Source of the DNA: Botryllus schlosseri | Taxonomy: Eukaryota | Direction of reading: 5' to 3' | NCBI GenBank assembly: GCA_051294905.1 | Contig: CM119372.1 | Location: 14,262,001 to 14,326,000, forward strand | Length of the DNA stretch: 64,000 nucleotides | In this document: positions 45,259-56,970 of the stretch, in pieces | How the letters are laid out: each line of letters opens with the position of its first letter | How positions within the stretch are numbered: position 1 is the first letter of the stretch | Made by a program: the position numbers and the translations under genes | The notes under the pieces: model-generated | Database searches by the model: none | The model's input: only the letters and a program-made list of their open reading frames with translations | What the model was told of the DNA's origin: nothing

Positions 45259-46386
45259 GTAGACTATTCCGCACTTCTTCGTTAATCCCCACACATCGAA
45301 AAAATGACCCCCATGACACCAATAAATGCTTCCCATGAACAATAACAGAAAAATTTATAAACGTCGAAATAAATTGTTTTTCACGTTGGGGTGGGGCAGA
45401 CGGATATTAGGGATGGGGAGGGGGATATTAGAGTGGGTTAGGATATCCTAAGATTAGGGTTGGGGATATTAGGGATCATCATCATCATCATCATCATTGG
45501 TTTATTAGCAATTTTATCAGTTCAATACACCACAAAAAATGCGATACAATGAAAAGAAAGGAAGATGTCGAAGCGACTAGGAGTTGTCTATGGAATCGGA
45601 CACCCACCTTGGCCTAGGCGATGTAAAGAGGAGGCATACACACTGAATGAAAGTAAAGAAGATGGTATAGAAAAAGGAAGCGACAAGAAATAGGGCGTCA
45701 TGTCATGGGAAGCGAGATCGATAGGTCAGTCGTGGTCCGGTAATCTTGAGGATGGACTGTATTTATTTAGTAGTAATTGCTTGTATTTCGACTTGAATGT
45801 GGACATGCTCGTCGACTGCCGGATGGCCGGCGGGATAGGTTAGGATATCCTAAGATTAGGGTTGGGGATATCAGGGATGGGGAGGGGATGTTAGGATCAC
45901 GGTTGGGGTTAGGATATCCTAAGATTAGGGTTGGGGATATTAGGGTCGGGAGATATTAGGGATGGGGGAGGGGATATTAGGGTGGGTTAGGTTAGGATAT
46001 CCTAAGATTAGGGTTGGGGGTGAAGATCACAATATTCCCAACCCTAATCTTGGGATATCCTTCCTCAACCTTGACCCTAACCTACCCTAGCACCTGCGTC
46101 CTGCAACCCTAATCTTAGGATATCCTAACCCACCCCACCCTAATAACCCCTTCCCCAACCCTAATCTTAGGATATCCCAACCTTGACCCTAACCCACCCT
46201 AATACCCCCTTTCCGCGACCCTAATATTCGCCTAGCCCTAATCCCAATGCGAAAAACAATTTATTTTCATGTTTATAAATTTTCACATGCTCATGGGAAT
46301 CATTTATTGGTTTCATGGTGATCACTTCTGCATGGATGAGTGGGGAATAACGAAGAAGTGCCGACTATTCGGGCGGGCCTGTCTAC
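45259..46386. repeat. Foldback-like element with inverted arms and internal telomere-like (TTAGGG-variant) tandem repeats
   Basis: ~130-bp imperfect terminal inverted arms (gcacttcttcgtta.tcccca...aataaattgttttt). G-rich ttagggttgggga repeats on the left and C-rich ccctaa repeats on the right of ~46025. Confidence 0.8.
45477..45831 (-). mobile_element. Young 5'-truncated LINE insertion with a (GAT)n tail
   Basis: (cat)n followed by the family 3' UTR. It interrupts the telomere-like array and is highly similar to 55804-56085. Confidence 0.85.
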
Positions 46387-47514
46387 TTTCTTATCCACAC
46401 CTTTTTCTACCGTATTACACCCTCTCCTTTAATAATATCAAACTTGGCATACGTATTATATCATAGAGAGATGTGTTCCGTTGGCGATGCTGCAGTAGGC
46501 AGTGAATGTTTACTTTCATTATAGGAAGAATGTAAACATGGAATAGCAACGGACGAACGATTTTACGGCTTCGTTCCGCTTCGCTGAGGCTGGGTTCAGA
46601 TTTGTTTTGCGTGAGCTACTGTAGGATTTCTGGCAATCCAAAACTTATCTTCCAGAGCGCAGAATTTACTGAATCTGGTCTTGATCGAAAGCTACTGTCG
46701 CTCCGAATTCGAAAATATAAATTTAAATGCGGTAATAGTGTCCTATATGGATGGACAGTGTGGACACTGGATACAAGAAAGTCTCACGGCTCAGTGAAAT
46801 TGGTTTTTCAATTGGTCAAAGGCAATTTGACGGTAATATTTGACCGGCTTGCCCAGCATTAAACTTGATAAAACGGGTATCAATCGCTACTGCGGTACGG
46901 ATTGCGAAAATAAAAATTTTAATATGCTCGATCGTGGTCCTGGAACCCTCGAAAATCAGCATCGAACGTTGCATTGTAACTGCTATGGTCTGCGGAATGT
47001 GGACGTAACCAAATCGCACGGCTCACTAAATTTGGGTCAATCAGGATCAAAACAGCATAACTTTCCCCCACCCAAACATTGATCTTGGGCCGCCATAGAG
47101 TAGCCAATTTTGAAGTTGAAGATTTAATTTAATCAATAATATTGGTAATTGCATTATATTGCGTTTTCAATCCTATCTCAACGCCCGATGGCCATATTTA
47201 CCTGAAGAGCAGGTGGCGTGTAATTCATAATTATAACATCTGATATCTTGGAATAATTACTTTATTGTATGTTATAAATTCGTGACCTCCGGTCTGTTAT
47301 ATAGCCAAAAGATATTGATTGTAATGGCCCAAACATAGCAGACTACAAGAAAAACCTGCGTGAGACGCACACACAAATTGTCATGTGTAATGCTCTGTGG
47401 GTGCCCGGGGGCATTTGCATCGTGGGCTCTGATTGAAAGGAATGCTCACCCAGCGCGGCTATTGACAATGGACATATACCCTAAGTTTCGGCCAATGTCA
47501 TTCTTTAGTAGCAC

Positions 47515-48130
47515 CATAGTGTCCTATATGGTGTCGACACAAGCAAATCGCACGGTTCAATGAAATTGTATCACGTCAGAGTTTCCATTTGGCTACAGGC
47601 AATTTGACGGTGATTTTTGACCGACTTGCCGAGCATCAAATTTGATAAAACGGGTATCAATCGAAAGCTGCCGCCGCACTGATTACGAAAATATAAATTT
47701 TATTCCGCTCGCGGCCCTGGAACCCCCACAATCAGCCTCTAATTTTTCATTGTTATGGAGATTGGCATTGGGACGCAACAATGCTGTCTGGCGAAACGAC
47801 AGACGCAACAATACTGTCTGGCTCCCTTTTTCTCGAGCACCTGTCTCGTTTCGCTAGACAGCATTGTTGCGTCCCAATGCCAATCTCCATAACAATGAAA
47901 AATTAGAGGCTGATTGTGGGGGTTCCAGGGCCGCGAGCGGAATAAAATTTATATTTTCGTAATCAGTGCGGCGGCAGCTTTCGATTGATACCCGTTTTAT
48001 CAAATTTGATGCTCGGCAAGTCGGTCAAAAATCACCGTCAAATTGCCTGTAGCCAAATAGAAACTGTGACGTGATACAATTTCATTGAACCGTGCGATTT
48101 GCTTGTGTCGACATCATATAGGACACTATG
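47515..48130. mobile_element. Near-perfect 616-bp hairpin MITE, P-element-like
   Basis: Arms of ~285 bp, termini catagtgtcc...ggacactatg and a perfect 7-bp TSD gtagcac. Confidence 0.88.
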
Positions 48131-48703
48131 GTAGCACACTTCGTGGAGTTTCATGTTGGCCGAAACTGCACATTGTAGCAGAGATCCCTGTTATCGTCCA
48201 ACCATAAAATGTGTATATCTCGTAACCGCGAGACATCCTGTTCTAGAGTAATTTGCCTCTAGTATAAAACTACTGATTCGAGAGAATCAGTAGACTCTTT
48301 TGCTAAACCTACTTGTAACAACGTCTGAAATATATTCGTATGTCTTGCGTCTATCTGCGTCTTAAGAAGATCTCACCAGGATACAGGATATTCCAGGTTT
48401 AGTAGTCAGCCAGCTAAACCTATAATACTTTGGTTAGCTATACTTCTACTCCCAGGAATATTATACCCTGTATTGTTGAAACATGTCTTTTGATGTGTCG
48501 AGGAGCGGTATTGACTGGCACCTAAATGCCTATTACTATGAATTATACATGCTTTATTTCTTGAGGGGGAGACGTATATGCATTTCGAAATCAAGCTGTC
48601 TAGAGACATTTAAATCGTGAAGCTCAAAAAGAATTTCCAAGTTAATGAAATCTATCGAAAATACTCTTATAATTTATGTTGGTTTACGAAATACTTTTGA
48701 GTA

Positions 48704-49794
48704 GGGGAGACCGGGGACAAATGTAACACGGGGAAAATGTAACGATCGATCTCACCGCTAGTAGGATAAAGAAATCACATTCATATTTTTAGTGCACATG
48801 CGGTAGTTATGTCTTCTAATATATTTGAAGTTACGTTGAGCCACAACGCGAAACCCCGGAATAATTTAAAAAAAACAACGAAATTTTGAATCCTTGAATA
48901 AATATTTTCTTCCAGAACAGACTCTACCTGGTCAGTGGTCATACCAATTCTAACATGATACTCAGTCGAAACGGCCATACAGAAGTGGTGATGTGAATCT
49001 TAGGGTCCGGATTATTTCCGTGATTCTACTACCCTATCTCATGTTGATCAACTTTTGTTGTGTCGACCTCAATGGTCACTTAAGAGCTTGCCCATGACTG
49101 AATCCTCATCCCATGACTTTGAGCATGGCCCACTTACATTTTGTCATCTGGTGTGAACAATTTATTTTAATTTTGTACGGAACAGAAGATTACCATTAGC
49201 TTTGATGCCACAGAATGTTGTGTCCTCGTTTTGCTTCACTATCATCAGCCCATTAAACAAAGATATTTTAGCCAGGTCGGTTTCGCACCATCGCAGGTGA
49301 CCGAATGCCCAACCCATTATGCACGCTGAACTACAGCACCTTGGTAGAAGAGGCCGAATTTGTGTAGGGAGATGATGGAATGAATGTGTTTCTTGTACAC
49401 TTTGGGCTCATGCAGAAGGCACGAAGGGTGATAATTTATTCAGATGCCCACAATGCGATGGGGCGCGTAGCCTGGACGCGTTCAAACTTCTATTTTTTAC
49501 TTTAATTCAATAGTACAATTCGTGCTCCCATTATTGTTATTCATTTCGTTTGTTTTTAGTTATAAATAACACTGTTACAATTGCCCCGGGGTACGGGGCG
49601 ATTGTAACAGTTGAGCGACGATTTTCGCGACCCAAAATTTCCATGATTGATTATTGATTTAGTTCCATTTTAGTTTTTATATCAACTATCGAGTTGTTGG
49701 CTTCTTTATATAAAAGTTTGGAAATGAAATATCCATGAGAAAAACACGTAATGTTCGAAAATACAAAACTGTTACAATTGTTCCCGGTCTCCCC
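48704..49794. mobile_element. Non-autonomous Tc1/mariner-superfamily (pogo-like) element
   Basis: TIRs ggggagaccggggacaaatgtaaca...tgttacaattgttcccggtctcccc flanked by TA on both sides. Confidence 0.8.
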
Positions 49795-50378
49795 TACCCT
49801 TCAACCACGCTCCCCACCCTATTGGGGAATTTGGGGTGCGGTAGTTATGGACCTGGCAAGAATGCAAAACGTTGTGTGCGATAAAATGGGCAATGGCTAC
49901 ATTATGACGTAACAAGGAAATGTCACATCTTTTGTAAAGACAGTTGTTATATCATTATAGGCCTTTTCAGCACAATCCATGTATTGTCTTCCATAGGCCT
50001 AACTACTACGATGCAAAATATAAATGTAATCGTGAGTAATCGTGATTACTTTTCCAATGTAATCGTAATAGACTACTTCGTGATTTTGCTGTAATCGTAA
50101 TCGATTACATTCATGAAGTAATCACGCCATGTCTGCTTGGTATACATAACGTTATTTCCAATTCTCTACTACTGGTTGACGATTACCCCGCGCAAGTGTC
50201 AGTCGAAAAATGATATAAATATATCATTCCAAATTCCAATCATACTTACAAGAACTGTACCCTCTAAGCTGCGCGCGTGCGCGGCCGCGCACTGCTTTTA
50301 AAGTCGCTGTGCATTGAAAAACGCACAAGAAAGCCGAAGTGATGACATTTTTTTGGTCGTTACGCACTGTTGTCCAAG

Positions 50379-51007
50379 CATGGTGTCCTATATGGTGTCG
50401 ACACTAGCAAATCTCACGGCTCAGTGAAATTGTATCACGTCACAATTTCCATTTGGCTACAGGCAATTTGACGGTCATTTTTGACCGGCTTGCCGAGCAT
50501 TAAATTTGGTAAAACGAGTATCAATCGAAAGCTGACTCTGCACTGATGACGATAATATAAATTTTACTCCGCTCGCGGCCCTGGAACCCCCACAATCAGC
50601 CTCGAATTTTTCATTGTTATGGAGGTTGGCATTGGGACGCAACAATGCTGTCTGACTCTTTTTCTCTTGAGCTACTCTCTCTCATTTCGCCAGACAGCAT
50701 TGTTTCGTCATGAGCTACTCTCTCGTTTCGCCAGACAGCATTGTTGCGTCCTAATGCCAATCTCCATAACAATGAAAAATTCGAGGCTGATTGTGGGAGT
50801 TCCAGGGGCACGAGCGGAATAAAATTTATATTTTCGTAATCAGTGCAGAGTCAGCTTTCGATTGATACCCGTTTTACCAAATTTAATGCTCGGCAAGCCG
50901 GTCAAAAATGACCGTCAAATTGCCTGTGGCCAAATGGAAATTGTGACGTGATACAATTTCACTGAGCCGTGAGATTTGCTTGTGTCGACACCATATAGGA
51001 CACTATG
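50379..51007. mobile_element. Second hairpin MITE of the P-like family, inserted into a caatgttccc-family MITE
   Basis: Termini catggtgtcc...ggacactatg with 7-bp TSD gtccaag. The host MITE halves lie at ~50255-50378 and 51008-51073. Confidence 0.88.
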
Positions 51008-52499
51008 GTCCAAGGGACCGCGCAATGAGTTGGTTAGTGCGCGCAGACTCGGTAAAAAATTAGAGGGAACATTGGCAAGTTGCGATCATTTTGAGATTGA
51101 CAGATCGAAATTTTGACGCAGCGACGTCGCCCATCAATGCTAAGTTGACCGGCCACGATGCTTAAAGTCCGATGTCTACCCGCGATGTCGATATATGCAG
51201 CGCAGTCAATGTATCAAAAGTAGGCTATACCTCAACTCCAACGATAGCAGGCTACACCATTCCATGATACTTGGAATATAGAGTATATAGCTCTATACTT
51301 AACGACAAGGAAATATTTATCCATATTTCCTGGCAGCACTAATAAATGTATAACAAATGCTCGTGGGAATAACTTACACATCTAAATTTCATCATCTCCA
51401 CGTTTCCTTCATAGGCTACTAGTGTTGGACTGAATCCGAGAGACCAGCAAGCTCGCTCCTACTTTTCAACTGACACGAATAGGGAAGTAGCTGTATAAGT
51501 TATTCTGGGAAATATAACTTTCACCTAATATTTGAAATGAAAGGAATTTATTCCAAACCCATTGTTTGTGCGCCCTAAAATGAGAAGCATTATATAGGAT
51601 CAGATATGTAACTGCACGATATACACTGCAAACACGTGGCGGGCTTTAAAGTGGCTAACTGGCTATGTTTGACGATGAGACTGATGATGTAGGTCGAGGG
51701 GCTATGTGTTGGTAAATAACACTAAATTTTTACAACATTCATGATAAACTAATAATACTTATTTGAAGCGATATATACAATATAATATCAGGTCTGGTGT
51801 GACCATAGGTCTGCATGGGCCTGTAAAAGTGGTTCGCAAACTGGACGCCGCGACACATTGCCACAGGGGTACCGCGATGACACGTGAAAGTTGTTGAATA
51901 TTTGCCTAAGCCGTTATTGCATAATGCACTTTTTACAAATAACAAAAGTTCGATTACTGGACTTAAAAACTGCCGATTCTATAATTTTTACGGTAAATCA
52001 TGTTGTGTTGACTAAAAAAAGTCATTTTCCGACTCGACTCTCGAATGACCCACTTTTATTGATACTGCTGTAGTGTTGACTAAAAATTAATAAAGTCACT
52101 TTTCCAGCCCTACTCCCGAAAGGCCCGCACAAACATCCGCATTGCAGAATTCGCGTTTATTAATTGCGCCTGTCCATTAGCCTGGCTGTCAAAGCCCTAA
52201 AGGAGGACATTTTCGATTTCCTGAAAAAGGAGGACATGGTAACCGTACCACCGTGGTTCTCAACAGGTGTGTCTTGGCACACTAATGTGTCAATTGGACT
52301 GCTCACTGCTCAGGACGTCCGCGAGAGACTGTAGTTGCTACGCAAAGTCGACGTAGGCCTAGATAAAAAATTCAGGAAGTTCTGAGTATGGCATAGTGCC
52401 ATAGTCGGTGACTCAAACTATTTTTATCCGCTGCAGACACACAATGTACAATGCGTTGTGACGAACAGATTGTATGTCGAAACTACCAAGTATGGTCTC

Positions 52500-52792
52500 T
52501 CAATCTGCCCGATGTACGATCTTGATCTTCCTTGTTAGGCTTCCTCCCATTTAATTAGATTTTTTTCCTAATCATCTTCTTGGACTCAGGATATTGCCTA
52601 TTTTGATTCCTGAGACGCCAATTTACAGCACGACCCACTTACGTTCCAGACTTCTAGTAGAACACCCTTACTGAGATCATACGGCGAAGCCGAGATAAAC
52701 CTCCAATACTTGGGGATGGATTCTAGAGTCGACCTAGGTCGGACTTGAACCCGTAACCAGTCGGTGCGACATATTACTACGCTATATCGCCT
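52500..52792 (-). mobile_element. Degenerate tRNA-derived SINE
   Basis: The minus strand head ggcgatatagcggtag...gggttcaagtcc contains a B box. Boundaries are approximate. Confidence 0.5.
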
Positions 52793-52960
52793 GCCAGCGT
52801 ACTCGAAGTGCTAGGGTTCCGCAAACTATTTCACCCTTTCAGAGGGTGCCGGGCATAATGCATATTTGACGAGCCAATGTACGAACACGTTGGACCAAGT
52901 ATTCTGTTTATTTTTTATTCAGTAGTACTGAAAAGGTCACGACAGGTTTACCATAATCAT

Positions 52961-53340
52961 GGGCACACAATCCGCGGCAGCAGAAGAATTTGAGTTTTTG
53001 CCTAATGGACCCTCCCACTGAATTCATCTGTAATAGCCTTTTCTATTCTTTCTATATCACAAACCAACCGAAATGTTATTGCTCACCAGCAGAATGTTGA
53101 ATCCATCTGCACAAAAATGATTCTAGTCCATGTTTACGGACAAACAAATAATTATTCACCACACTTTGCTAGTCCTATGCAATTTATTTAGTCCCAGAAA
53201 CAGATCCTTAATTTATCAGAAACTGCCAGTAAAACGGTTCCTGCAAGAAATATCCATTATCCCTATTGCTTGATCTCGACGGGATGTGCTCGGTTGGAGT
53301 CGTTCCACATTGCATATCAGGTTTCTCAGAATAGGATTCC
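52961..53340 (+). pseudogene. Inverted, frameshifted orphan copy of the serpin last exon (reactive loop, C-terminus and 3' UTR)
   Basis: 53011-53120 reads PPTEFICN/PFLFFLYHKPTEMLLLTSRMLNPSAQK* with a 1-nt deletion relative to 38812-38922. The following ~200 nt match the serpin 3' UTR (e.g. gtcctatgcaatttatttag, tgatctcgac.ggatgtgct.ggttgg). Confidence 0.9.
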
Positions 53341-53474
53341 AAGAACTAGCAAAGACCGCATAACTTTTGATGTCATTCCTTCAGCCCACACCGCTTTGAT
53401 TTCCCATTTAGAAGATCTGAGATCACATGGTTGCTTGTGAAACCTATCAGGAACCAGCATTCTCTTGGTCCGTG

Positions 53475-55173
53475 TCACCGTTTTTTGTAAACACATGGCT
53501 GTAGCAACCCGATTGCTGCTTTTATTTCTTTATTGGGAGATTTATGCTTCATGAAAGTGAAACTGAGGAAGTACGTGTTTTTCTCCTCCTTCTTCAGCTG
53601 GAATCCCATATTTTTCATCAAGTTTTTAAATTTTGTAATATTTTTGAATCTACTTTCGATTTCCGCGATCAGAAGTGTTCCTCTGCAAATATACAGTATC
53701 GTTCAATCACCAGACTACTAGTGATTGTAATTTACAACATACTTGAGTTTCAATGTGCGGTTTGCTTCTGCAATGAAGTCAACATAGTTGGTGCCCATCA
53801 AGGCCAGACACAAAACTGCAACATCCAATGATTGATTTGGTAGAGGAACCTTGTGATGAAACATATCTAGCAGAGAATAATGTCATATCAAAAAGCTGAT
53901 TACTCACGTGTGCTATATCTGCTACCGTAACTTTATCATTCGTTGCAACCAAGTCAAACGAGTGCACCTTGTTTCTGACACTGCGAGCGAGGCGTGCATC
54001 TCCGCAACCGAAGTCTCCAATGATCCAGCCAGCGGGCCTATGTAATTTCATAATTATCCCGAGTTCAAAATAAGTATAATGATCAAGGCTGGGAATTTTC
54101 ACTCACTTTTTACTGATGTAATTTATAATCGTGTCTAAGGGATTGGTTGGCCATTTGGATACTTGCTGAGTGAATCCATCATGATAAATTCCGAATAACT
54201 TCTTCTCCTTGCCAAATAGCTTCATAGCTTCTTTGCTTGTTCGTGTGTATAGCTGACATGATAAAAATGAAATGATTATATTGCTACCACACCTACATAT
54301 AGTTGTAACATAACCAAGAAATTATGTACGGAAACTATATTATATAAACAAGACTCGCTATAATACCCTACTTGATAAGAACCTTGCCGATAAACCTACT
54401 TGTTCATTGATGAAACGAAATTGCGCCGATCTCAGTTTGGCAGTGACGGCCTGATTTAGGGCTTTAGATCGTGAAGGAGGTGTACTTATTGCAGTTTTTG
54501 AATCACCCAGTTTTGATTTTTCAGTCGAAGCCAAGTCATCGCTTGAAGGACGCTTTGGTAGGTCTTTAGTTCTAGGCTTTTTCTCACTAGGCGCACCCTC
54601 TGCGATAAGTTTTGACAAGGCGCGTTTTCTCCAAGTCACACTATTTGACACTTTCTCAACTTTAGTCTGACTTTTCGCAACCAGAATCTTTTCGTTTGAT
54701 TCGTCCTTAGAGTCAATTGGTTTTGTAGCAGAGCTGATCAGGTCAATCTTCTGCATGGCAGATTTCGAAGTGCCCTTATGTAGATTTTTCTTTTTTCCAG
54801 TCAAAGTGGTGACCAGCATTTCTCCGTCAGTGTGTTTGACCAGTTTTGCAGCCACTGTCTCGCAAGAAGCTGTAGGCACTGGCGAATTCACAAACTGCTC
54901 GCTGGAAGGCTTGCATTCAGCATTTTCAGACGTCCCAGCAGTCCTTTTTTGCATCAAGATGGTACTCTGCACATCAATTTTAGATGAAGCCTTCTCACAC
55001 GTTGAAACTGTTTTGGCGTCTTTTTTCAAGTCATGTTTTTTTGCTTCTGCTTCATTTCGAAATGCTGCGCTTGACCTGGATTGTTTTTTCAACTTCTTCG
55101 ATTTACGAAACAGTGATGCTTCAAGACTTTTTCCAGTGTCATCATCAAGCCAAACTTCCTCTTCAAATATCAT
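53475..55173 (-). CDS. RRP8: Ribosomal RNA-processing protein 8 / nucleomethylin (rRNA m1A methyltransferase), 454 aa, 5 exons
   Basis: Exons 55173-54400, 54252-54107, 54037-53908, 53849-53743, 53682-53475. Lys/Ser-rich N-terminus, then [61 protein letters not shown] and C-terminal PCVYKKR*. Confidence 0.96.
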
Positions 55174-55191
55174 TTCGATGGGCTAACTATA

Positions 55192-56250
55192 CACTACAAA
55201 AAATGATTAGACAAATTTTGTCTCAAATTCAAGACATGAGAATGATTTGGTCTCATTTTCAGCAATTTAAGTTTTGCTGATGAAGTTAGGTCTTAAAATT
55301 GAGACTGATTCAGCTTTTTAAGACCATATAAAATTGTCACGATCAGTCGGTCTTAAAAAAATCAGACCAATAAAACGCATCTTATCAGACATATTGTGCT
55401 TATTGAGACAGTTTTTGATTCATTCGTTTTTTTGGTCTTGTTTTCAAGACAAATCTTGCTAATCGAAAAATAACATGGTTTGTGGTCTTAAAAATGAGAC
55501 CGGAAAGTTGCCATGGGCCGAGAGAATAAGACATAACTAGCTTTTTGAGACCGATTTTGATGTGTCAGTATTTTTGGTCTTGTTTTTAAGACGAATTTCG
55601 CTAATCAAGAAACAACATGGTTTGTGGTCTTAAAAATGAGACTGGAAAGTTGACATGAGCCAGCAGAGCACAAGTCATAACTAGCCCATTGAGAAAGTTT
55701 TCGATGTGTCAGCAATTTTGGTCTTGTTTTTAAGACTAATTTCGCTAATCAAGAAACAACATGGTTTGTCGTCCGGAAAGTTGACATGGGCCAAAAGCAT
55801 AAGACATCATCATCATCATCATTGGTTTATTAGCAATTTTATCAGTTCAATACACCACAAAAATGCGATACAATGAAAAGACAGGAAGATGTCGAAGCGA
55901 CAAGGAGTAGTCTATGGAATCTGACACCCACCTTGGCCTAGGCGATGTAAAGAGGAGGCCTGCACACTGAATGAAAGTAAAGAAGATAGTATAGAAGAAG
56001 AATGCGACAAGAAATAGGGCGGCATGTCATGGGAAGCGAGATCGATAGGTCAGTCGTGGTCCGGTAATCTAGCTAGAGGATGGACATAACCAGCTTATTG
56101 AGACAGTTTTTTCAAGTTTCAGTATTTATAGTCTTGTTTTTGAGACGAATTTCGCTAATCATGAAACAACATGGTTTGTGGTCATAAAAATGAGACCAGA
56201 AAGATGACATGGGCCAAGAGCATAATTTGGTCTCGAATCCATTTTTTTAG
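55192..56250. mobile_element. CACTA/CMC-like non-autonomous element with ~130-bp internal tandem repeats, interrupted by a LINE 3' end (55804-56085)
   Basis: Left terminus CACTACAAAAAATG and a degenerate right terminus (aatccatttttttag). The unit aacatggtttgtggtcttaaaaatgagac...ttggtcttgtttttaagac.aatttcgctaatcaaga occurs about 4 times. Confidence 0.62.
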
Positions 56251-56970
56251 AAAAAAAGTCTCATACCGGTATACCTTGAAACTTAGCACACTGTTTGATG
56301 ACATCATAAAAATATACCATACCAAATATCGTCACCCATTTCGTGATGGAACACCTTCAAGGCTTCAAAAATAGAGACAGAGTTTGTCAACCACGACATG
56401 CAGTAAAATGAAATTCGTAGTTTGGATGGTGCTCTGGCGACGGAATTGCGAAGAAACCGCAAGGCTATTCATCTCCACTACGACTATCGAATTACGCTAT
56501 CTCGCCATGCCTCACTATCGAATGTAAACAGAATGGGTTTTCTGTGGATAATCAACCACAGCAAGAAGAATTTCGGCAGCAGCCTGAACACGAACCCAAC
56601 ACCGGCCTGTTACTGTCGCTTTTCAGAATCAGAACTGTCTCAGTCGGAGCTCCGCATTACGTCATTGTCATGGTCACTGAATCTCGGAACAATGCCAATT
56701 TCGTACTCTTTGGAGAAATTAAGGGATAGTTGCAGTGCGCTTACCAGCTTAAATTATGCGAAACCCCACACTAATGCTACTAAATTGGCGAGATTTACTT
56801 CAAAGATTTTGAGCAATGTGCATCGATCGGTCCGGATTACAAGTTCCGCTGTTCTGCCATTTAGTTTTCGCCAACATGGGAGTTTGTTGATTTTTACATC
56901 ACTACCTAAAACCTATCGTCTAGTCTTTGAGCAGAAATTTGGAATCCTGCTTTAGATTCTTTAGTCAAAA

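Noticed and set aside
45380..46250. True telomere or chromosome fusion site
   Set aside because: The repeats are degenerate composite units enclosed by inverted arms, not pure TTAGGG arrays.
54755..55186. 143-aa plus-strand ORF, and similar antisense ORFs such as 31655-32053
   Set aside because: Shadow ORFs opposite real coding exons.
55330..56230. CRISPR-like array
   Set aside because: Eukaryotic context, and the whole ~130-bp unit repeats with no unique spacers.
56422..56955. 177-aa plus-strand ORF upstream of VPS41
   Set aside because: Non-ATG start and no recognisable motif. It lies in the probable promoter/UTR region.
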